DNA of 53,857 nucleotides from Firmicutes bacterium UBA3576. GTDB lineage: Bacteria > Bacillota > Sulfobacillia > UBA3569. Shown in pieces: positions 47,604 to 53,857 of the stretch (the first letter of the stretch is position 1; every line of letters begins with the position of its first letter). A program made the translations under genes and the position numbers. The notes beneath the pieces are model-generated. The model searched no databases. It was given only the letters and a program-made list of their open reading frames with translations, and was not told the DNA's origin. The DNA lies in assembly GCA_002375895.1 (NCBI GenBank), contig DFND01000019.1, forward strand, positions 506-54,362, given 5' to 3'.

Positions 47604-48323
47604 CTAGCGCCTGGAGAGGGTGAGGAGCTCGCCGGGCGTATTGGCTTCCTGCAGGAACTTCAGGGCCTCACGGATCACATGGAGCTGGCCCTCTACGTCG
47701 CCCGGACGGCCGCACGGCGACCCGAAGGAGTAGGGGCTGTGCACGATCCGGGGTACGCCGTTCTTCTTGGTCACCTCCGGGATGATGGTCAGGGTAACGG
47801 TGGATATCCCGGCCTCCTCGACAGCTCTGCTTACCAATCCAACGGATTGGTTACATATCGGTCAGACGGGCGTCAGGAAGGCGGCCTCCACGCCGTCCTC
47901 CTTCATCATCCGGGCGATCTCCCGGGCCGTGTCGTAGATCTTGTCCGGTTTGGGGATGAAGCCCGAGATCGAGTAGGCTCTGGGCGCCAGCGACCCTATC
48001 TCGCCCGCCTCCTGGAGCTCGCGAAACCGGTCCAAGGGGAAGACTACGTTCATGTCCTTCTCGGCGAACTGGTGGTCGTAGTGCTCGTGGGCGATGGAGA
48101 GCTCAGCGAGCGAGATATCAGAGGGTATCACCCGAAAGCCCTCGTCCACGTCGTCGCGGTTCTTGATGGCGAAGGGCTCCTGTTCACGGGTGTACAGCCC
48201 TCCGGTGGTTACGATCGCGAACCTCAGTCGCTGGTTGGGGGCCTTGGGCGGCGCCCAGGGTACGTCCTCGTTCACGACCCACGGGAAACTCTCTACCCAC
48301 TGCTGAAACTTGGTCTTCGTCAT
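47604..48323 (-). CDS. PrdB/GrdB-family selenoprotein (UxxC), 239 aa by Sec read-through
   Basis: In-frame TGA 47862-47864 in FLTPV-U-PICNQSVGLVSRAVEEAGISTV; AIVTTGG and DMNVVFPLDR family motifs. Confidence 0.85.
47833..47851 (-). promoter_or_regulatory. Bacterial SECIS hairpin
   Basis: ACCAATCC-GTT-GGATTGGT starts 10 nt after the UGA; G in the apical loop. Confidence 0.75.
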
Positions 48324-48423
48324 AGCGACCCTCCTTTGTGTTGTAGGCGGTGGCCTGAGTTATAGCTTCCTCGGTATATTCTACCCTCTCCGGCCATCCA
48401 ACCAAGGAGTTTTTCATATATAT

Positions 48424-48453
48424 AAGGTATCATACCCTGGCAGGGTATTGCAA
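48424..48453 (-). promoter_or_regulatory. sigmaA-like promoter with a CsoR/CstR-type operator in the spacer
   Basis: TTGCAA-N18-TACCTT; palindrome ATACCCTG-G-CAGGGTAT at 48432-48448. Confidence 0.55.
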
Positions 48454-48583
48454 AGGAGGCGAGAACATCCAGGCGGCGGCCAAGCTGTTGGGCCCCGAAG
48501 CTCGTCAAAGTATAGAATCCCCGCGGGGTGCATATACTGTCACCGATTCTTGCGATAGCTGCGGCTAGGGGGTAACCCGCCAT

Positions 48584-49792
48584 ATGCCCAGGGTAATGCG
48601 GAGGATTTTTTTTGCCCTCATCCTAGTAGCCCTGACAGTATCCCGGGCAGCAGCGGTAGAGCTCGACGAGCGGCCTTCTCTCCGGCTGGTGCTAAACCTC
48701 CCGGCGTACTCCCTCTACCTCTACGAGGGGAATGAGCTCATCAGGAGCTACAGGGTCGCCATAGGCACCCCAGAACACCCTACCCCCATCGGGTCCTTCC
48801 GCATCGTCAGCAAGATCAAGGACCCTGGTTGGTACCCTCCAGGAGGCCCCTCAGTTCCCCCCGGCCCGGATAACCCGCTGGGCGGGTTCTGGATGGGCAT
48901 CGATGGGGACGAATACGGCATTCACGGCACCATCTCCCCGTCGTCCATCGGCAACGCCGTCTCCCTGGGGTGCGTCAGGATGTACCCGGAGGACATAGCT
49001 GAGCTCTTCGACCTCATCCCCAAGGGCACCCCCATAGATATCGTCTACAACACCATCGTCCTGCGTAACGACGAGGGCCGGCCAGTGCTCACCGTCTTCC
49101 GCGATATATACCGTCGCGGGACCAACACCCCAGATGCCCTGAAGAGGGCCCTGCTGGAGGGAGGGTTCGGCTCAGCGTGGTCCGACGAGGAGATCGAGGC
49201 CATCCTCGCCCGGGCCGAGGCCGAGGGCGTCGCCGAGATCCGATCCCGGCGTCAGGGCCTCTGGGTGACCATCAACGGCGACCCCGTCCCCGTGGACGTC
49301 AAGGTCCTTGACGGGCTAAAGCTCCTGCGCCTGCGCGACCTCGTGCGGGAGCTCGGGGGCCAGCTCTACTGGAACCCGCGGGACAATCGCGTCTACGTCA
49401 ACGGCCTGCTGGCCCACGGCCGGAGGATCGAGTCGAGGATGTACGTAGGCCCGGAGGAGGTCGCCCGCCTGTTCAACGTGGAGGTCGCGGGCGACGAGCA
49501 CGGCAACGTATATATCCAATACTTCACCGTGTACGTGGACGGCAACTTCTTCACCCGCGACGTCCGCTTCCGTGAGGGACGGCCCTATCTCCCGCTGGCC
49601 CCGTTGGTTGTGGCCACCGCCGCGCCGGTCCGCTGGGACCTCACCGAGGGGGCCCTTTACGTAGGGCACAGGCGACTGGACGACGTCCTCTTCAGGGGCC
49701 GGATCTACGTGCCGCTGGACTCTGTGGCCGAGTACTTTGACCTCACCGTTGAATTCGACCCCGCCACGCTCTCCATCCACCTCTGGCGGTAG
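48584..49792 (+). CDS. Secreted L,D-transpeptidase (YkuD) with C-terminal stalk-like domains
   Basis: YRVAIG..TPIG, NPLG, YGIHGT..SLGCVRM. Confidence 0.9.
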   Translation: MPRVMRRIFFALILVALTVSRAAAVELDERPSLRLVLNLPAYSLYLYEGNELIRSYRVAIGTPEHPTPIGSFRIVSKIKDPGWYPPGGPSVPPGPDNPLGGFWMGIDGDEYGIHGTISPSSIGNAVSLGCVRMYPEDIAELFDLIPKGTPIDIVYNTIVLRNDEGRPVLTVFRDIYRRGTNTPDALKRALLEGGFGSAWSDEEIEAILARAEAEGVAEIRSRRQGLWVTINGDPVPVDVKVLDGLKLLRLRDLVRELGGQLYWNPRDNRVYVNGLLAHGRRIESRMYVGPEEVARLFNVEVAGDEHGNVYIQYFTVYVDGNFFTRDVRFREGRPYLPLAPLVVATAAPVRWDLTEGALYVGHRRLDDVLFRGRIYVPLDSVAEYFDLTVEFDPATLSIHLWR

Positions 49793-49870
49793 GTTCTAAT
49801 TACCTCCACCGCGCCGGAGGAACCGCACCTAGACCCCTAGAAGTTAACCCAGACAGGGTAGATCCTCGCC

Positions 49871-49896
49871 TGGAACCTTTGTAAGCTTTGAGCGTC
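49871..49896 (+). promoter_or_regulatory. ECF sigma autoregulatory promoter
   Basis: TGGAAC-N16-CGTC. Confidence 0.75.
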
Positions 49897-49914
49897 CAAA
49901 GGCTTGAGGGAGCG

Positions 49915-50550
49915 ATGCCTATGGTAAACCTGAGGGAGATTTCCGATGAACAGCTGGTCATGCGCGCCAAGCGCGGGGACACGGATGCCTTCGGGGAGCT
50001 GGTGGCGAGGTACGAGCACAGGATATTCAACCTCGCCTACCGTATGATGGGGGATCCGGAGGACGGGGCCGACATGGCCCAGGAGGCCTTCCTGCGCGCC
50101 TTCAAAGCCCTGCGCGGCTTTCGGGGAGATGCCTCCTTCTCCACCTGGCTCTATCGGGTGGCGTCCAACGTCTGCCTCGACGAGCTCAGGCGCCGGGGGA
50201 GGAGGGGGGAGGTGTCCCTCGACGCCCCCCTCACCACGGAACAGGGCCAGCTCCGGAGAGAGGTGCCGGACACCGCCGCCGGGCCCGCCGAGGTCGTTGA
50301 GCGGAGGGAGGCCGAGGCTCTGGTCCACCGCGCCCTGGGCCTGTTGCCCGACGACCACCGGCTAGTGGTCCTTCTTAGGGATATCGAGGGCCTCAGCTAC
50401 GGCGAGCTGGCCGAGGCGCTGGGGTGTCCCGTGGGCACTGTCAAGTCGAGGCTCAACAGGGCCCGCGCCAAGTTGAGGGAGCTGCTCCTCTCCGCGGAAC
50501 CTGAGGCGTCTCGCGTCGTCAAAGGTAATGAAAGGGGGGGAGCACGATGA
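49915..50550 (+). CDS. ECF RNA polymerase sigma factor (SigW-like)
   Basis: DMAQEAFL, FSTWLYRVASN, GLSYGELA..GTVKSRLNRAR. Confidence 0.95.
   Translation: MPMVNLREISDEQLVMRAKRGDTDAFGELVARYEHRIFNLAYRMMGDPEDGADMAQEAFLRAFKALRGFRGDASFSTWLYRVASNVCLDELRRRGRRGEVSLDAPLTTEQGQLRREVPDTAAGPAEVVERREAEALVHRALGLLPDDHRLVVLLRDIEGLSYGELAEALGCPVGTVKSRLNRARAKLRELLLSAEPEASRVVKGNERGGAR
50495..50520 (+). promoter_or_regulatory. Internal ECF promoter for the anti-sigma gene
   Basis: CGGAAC-N16-CGTC inside the 3' end of the sigma gene. Confidence 0.65.
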
Positions 50551-51731
50551 AATGTCGGGATATAAGGGAGATGTTCTCGCCCTACCTGGACGACGAGCTC
50601 AGCCAGGAGGAGAGGGCCCGCGTGGAGGAACACGTCAGGGCCTGTGATAAATGCGCCGAGGAGCTCAGGGCGCTCGGGTCGGTGGTGGACATGGTCAGGG
50701 GCATGCCGCCGGCCCCGGTGCCGCAGGGCTTCCGGTCGCGGGTCATGCGGGCCGTGGAGAAGGAGGCGCGGGCGCCAATTCGCAAGGTCCTGAGGGGCTA
50801 CCGGGGCCTCGCCGCGATAGCGGCCGCCCTCTTGCTGGTGGTGGGAGCCTACCTCACCGTCGCCGGCCTCCCCTTCCCCGCGGCACAGGGGATACCCGAA
50901 TCGGCCCACGTGGGCTCCGGCGAGGTGGCCGTGGGAGATGCCGGCGAAGCTATGTACTCCAAGGTGGCGGCTCCGGAGGAGGAGCTGGCGGAGCCGGCCG
51001 ATATGCAGATGGCGGGCCTGGGGGTCGAGGATGTCCTTGACCTTTACGAGCGGAAGGTCATCAGGAACGCCTTCCTGCGGCTGGAGGTCGAGGACTTTGA
51101 CGAGAGCTACCGCAGGATAATCACCATCGTGAAGGGAGTAGGGGGTTACGTCCAACAGTCCACCTTCAGGACCGACGAGCCCGGCCCCGAAGGGCAGGGC
51201 GGCTACAAGAGCGGCAGGCTCGTCCTGAGGGTGCCCAGCGAGTTCTTCGAGTCGGCCGTGGAGGAGATAGGGTCCCTGGGAGAGCTGCGGGACCGGGAGA
51301 TCACCGGGCAGGACGTCACCATGGAGTATTACGACCTCGAGGCCCGCAAGAGGAACGCCGAGCGCCAGGAACAGCGCCTGCTCGAGATCCTGGCCCAGGC
51401 CAAGACCGTGAACGAGATACTGCAGGTGGAGCGCGAGCTGGCCAGGGTACGGGGGGAGATCGAGGTATACGAGGGTCGCCTCAGGTACCTGAATAACGTG
51501 ACGACCCTGAGCACCATAACGGTGGAGCTGAGCGAGGCCCGGGAGGAGGAAGAGCCGGCGAGCCCGGGGCTCTGGGATAGGATGACGGTGGCCTTCCGGG
51601 ACAGCATCAGGGCTATGCTCGATCTCGCCGGCAGGGCGCTGGTGTTCCTCGCGGCGGCGGCTCCGGTCCTGCTGATACTGGCGGCGCTGTGGTTGGCTTA
51701 CCGGCGCTTTCGAGGGAGGGCCGGGGCCTGA
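50547..51731 (+). CDS. Zinc-finger anti-sigma factor fused to DUF4349
   Basis: YLDDEL..HVRACDKC (HxxxCxxC), TM helix, LRVP..DVT.EY.DL..L.VERELARVRGEIE. Confidence 0.85.
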   Translation: MKCRDIREMFSPYLDDELSQEERARVEEHVRACDKCAEELRALGSVVDMVRGMPPAPVPQGFRSRVMRAVEKEARAPIRKVLRGYRGLAAIAAALLLVVGAYLTVAGLPFPAAQGIPESAHVGSGEVAVGDAGEAMYSKVAAPEEELAEPADMQMAGLGVEDVLDLYERKVIRNAFLRLEVEDFDESYRRIITIVKGVGGYVQQSTFRTDEPGPEGQGGYKSGRLVLRVPSEFFESAVEEIGSLGELRDREITGQDVTMEYYDLEARKRNAERQEQRLLEILAQAKTVNEILQVERELARVRGEIEVYEGRLRYLNNVTTLSTITVELSEAREEEEPASPGLWDRMTVAFRDSIRAMLDLAGRALVFLAAAAPVLLILAALWLAYRRFRGRAGA

Positions 51732-51770
51732 GCGTCCGGGAGCACATTCTCAGGAGGAGGGTGAAGGCCC

Positions 51771-52517
51771 ATGCAGAGGAGTTCGGTGATCTTGGCGACC
51801 GCGGTCGGCCTGCTGGTCACGGCGGCCCTGGTCCTGGCCATCGCCATGGGACAGGGGCGCTCGGCCACGGCTCAGGAGGACGAGAAGGAGGACCCGGCGA
51901 TGATCCACGTCACGGGCGAGGGTCTGGTCGAGGCGACCCCCGACATCGCCTACGTCAACCTGGGCGTGCGCACCCAGGCTCCCACCGCCGAGGAGGCGCA
52001 GAGGGCCAACGCAGAGGCCGTCAGCCGGGTGATAGCTAGGCTGAAGGCCCTGGGGGTGGCCGAAGGCGACATCCAGACCAGCCGGTTCAACCTGCGGCCG
52101 CTGATGAACTATGAGGTCACGCGCGAGGGGAAGGCCCCCGAGATCGTGGGGTTTGCGGTCGACAACATCGTCATGGTGACGCTGCGGGACCTCGAGCTGG
52201 TGGGGGAGGTCATCGACGCCGGCATCGCGGCGGGGGCGAACACCGTTGAGGGCGTCCGCTTCGCGGTGGAGGATCCCTCAGAACTGGAGCTCGAGGCCTT
52301 GAGGCTGGCCGTGGAGGACGCCCGCAGGAGGGCCGAGGTGATCGCCGAGGCTGCGGGCGTGCGGATAGCCCGGGTTCGGGAGATCTCCACCACCCCCGGT
52401 TATGTCGTCCCCTTCATGGAGGCCGCCGTCGCGGAAGGAATGAGGGCGGCGACGGTTATAATACCGGGGTCGGTGGACATCAGGGCGAGCGTGAGCGTCT
52501 CCTACGAGCTTGAGTGA
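51771..52517 (+). CDS. SIMPL/DUF541 protein
   Basis: IHVTGEG.V..TPD.A, DIQTS, GANTV.GV.F, AV.DAR.RA. Confidence 0.9.
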   Translation: MQRSSVILATAVGLLVTAALVLAIAMGQGRSATAQEDEKEDPAMIHVTGEGLVEATPDIAYVNLGVRTQAPTAEEAQRANAEAVSRVIARLKALGVAEGDIQTSRFNLRPLMNYEVTREGKAPEIVGFAVDNIVMVTLRDLELVGEVIDAGIAAGANTVEGVRFAVEDPSELELEALRLAVEDARRRAEVIAEAAGVRIARVREISTTPGYVVPFMEAAVAEGMRAATVIIPGSVDIRASVSVSYELE

Positions 52518-52526
52518 CGGGAGCTG

Positions 52527-52550
52527 GCCGGGCCGCGAGCTCGGCTTTTT
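52527..52550 (+). terminator. Rho-independent terminator
   Basis: GCCGGGC..GCTCGGC followed by TTTTT. Confidence 0.65.
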
Positions 52551-52691
52551 CTCTGCTGCGACGGGCCTTGGGCCCGTCCTTTTCTGTCGCCGCGAATTTC
52601 GGCCTCCATGGAGGGTTGAGCCCCGGAACGGTGAACTAAATCCGGGACGAGTTGATCTCGGGTAGACTAACGAGGACAGGTGGGTGAGGTT

Positions 52692-53857
52692 ATGGCCACT
52701 TCCGGGCAGAAGGGGAAACTGGTCCTCCTCGACGGAAACAGCCTGCTTTACAGGGCCTACTACGCCCTGCCGCCGCTCGGCACCGCGGACGGCCGGCCCA
52801 CTAACGCGGTGTACGGGTTCGTCTCCATGCTCATCAAGCTCATCGAGGAGGAGAAGCCGGACTACATTGCCGTGGCCTGGGACATGGCCGGGCCGACCTT
52901 CCGGCACGAGGCCTACGCCGATTACAAGGCCCACCGGCCGGGCATGCCCGACGACCTCAGGAGCCAGGTGCCCTTGGCCAGGGAGGTCCTGGAGGCCATG
53001 CGCATCCCCGTATACGAGGTGGAGGGCTACGAGGCCGACGACGTCCTGGGGACGGTGGCCGGCCGGGCCGCCTCAGAAGGACATCCGGTGGTCATCGTGA
53101 CCGGCGACAGGGACTCTCTGCAGCTGGTCGATGAGGGCGTCCGGGTGATGGTCACCCGCAGGGGCATAAGCGATATCGAGTCTTACGACCTGGAGGCGGT
53201 GAGGGAGCGCTACGGCGTGAGCCCCTCCCAACTGGTCGACGTGAAGGCCCTGATGGGCGATCCTTCCGACAACATACCCGGTGTACCGGGGGTCGGGGAG
53301 AAGACGGCCCTGAAGCTCATAAGGCAGTTCGGCGAACTGGAGGAGGTGCTGCGGGACCCGTCGCGGGTCGGGGGGAAGAAGCTGCGGGAGAGGCTCGAGC
53401 TCTACGCCGACCAGGCCCGCCTGTCGAAGGAGCTGGCCCGCATCGAGCGCTCCGTTCCCCTTGACTTCGACCTCGCGGAGTGCCGTTGGACGGGGCCCGA
53501 CGCCGACGCCGTCCGGGAGCTCTTCCGGAGCCTGGAGTTTCGCAGCCTCATCGACCGGGTCCCGGGGCTGGAGGCGACGGAGCCCGCGAGCGACGAGGTT
53601 GGCGGCTACGAGCTCCAGACGGAGGTCCCCCCGGATCTGGGGGAGAGGCTCGCCGGCGAAGAGCCCGTGGGACTGGCTTACCTGCTCAGCCCCGCGGACC
53701 CCATGGAGGCCAGGCTGGTGGGCCTTGGGCTGGCCCTCGCGGAGGGGAGGGCGCTTGGCGCCGTGGAGGATCCCCCCTCTGACGAGGGCGGCCGACAGAT
53801 GGCCTTCGACTTCGAGGGGGACCTCCTCGGGAGGGGCGAGTCCCTCAAGGCCCTGGC
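52692..53857 (+). CDS. polA: DNA polymerase I (3'-truncated by window edge; absent from the ORF track)
   Basis: KLVLLDGNSLLYRAYYALP, TNAVYGF, TFRHEAYADYKA, GYEADD, TGDRD, GDPSDNIPGVPGVGEKTA. Confidence 0.97.
   Translation, partial: MATSGQKGKLVLLDGNSLLYRAYYALPPLGTADGRPTNAVYGFVSMLIKLIEEEKPDYIAVAWDMAGPTFRHEAYADYKAHRPGMPDDLRSQVPLAREVLEAMRIPVYEVEGYEADDVLGTVAGRAASEGHPVVIVTGDRDSLQLVDEGVRVMVTRRGISDIESYDLEAVRERYGVSPSQLVDVKALMGDPSDNIPGVPGVGEKTALKLIRQFGELEEVLRDPSRVGGKKLRERLELYADQARLSKELARIERSVPLDFDLAECRWTGPDADAVRELFRSLEFRSLIDRVPGLEATEPASDEVGGYELQTEVPPDLGERLAGEEPVGLAYLLSPADPMEARLVGLGLALAEGRALGAVEDPPSDEGGRQMAFDFEGDLLGRGESLKAL

Overview
High-GC chromosomal window, most likely from an anaerobic, spore-forming member of Bacillota (inferred from the spore-coat-like and YkvI-like genes, sigmaA/sporulation-type promoters and the minimal TatA-TatC pair). 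1-8.4 kb: a 5'-truncated glycosyltransferase, fxsA, a racemase pseudogene, cell-wall/spore genes and an AhbD-like radical SAM enzyme. 8.5-33.9 kb: a large anaerobic lipid/fatty-acid oxidation cluster with Fe-ADH, SCP2, tungsten AOR, EtfBA, crotonase, acyl-CoA dehydrogenase, a second divergent ETF pair, two acyl-CoA ligases, MarR, FixCX, an EMO/FadF-type membrane oxidoreductase, CoxD/E and an MFS. 33.9-40.8 kb: a decaying octaheme cytochrome c, a YtrA-type GntR/ABC operon and tatAC. 40.9-47.5 kb: tRNA-Leu(CAA) followed by an accessory block. That block carries a tightly coupled NurA nuclease-HerA ATPase-N4/N6 DNA methyltransferase operon, my best candidate for an undescribed defence system, and a resolvase-fold gene with a LexA box but no catalytic Ser. 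Then come an orphan PrdB/GrdB-like UxxC selenoprotein (UGA plus SECIS hairpin, CsoR-type operator), an L,D-transpeptidase, an ECF sigma/anti-sigma/SIMPL operon and the 5' part of polA. No CRISPR array, integrase or intact IS was seen. All calls come from motifs read by eye; no database searches were run.
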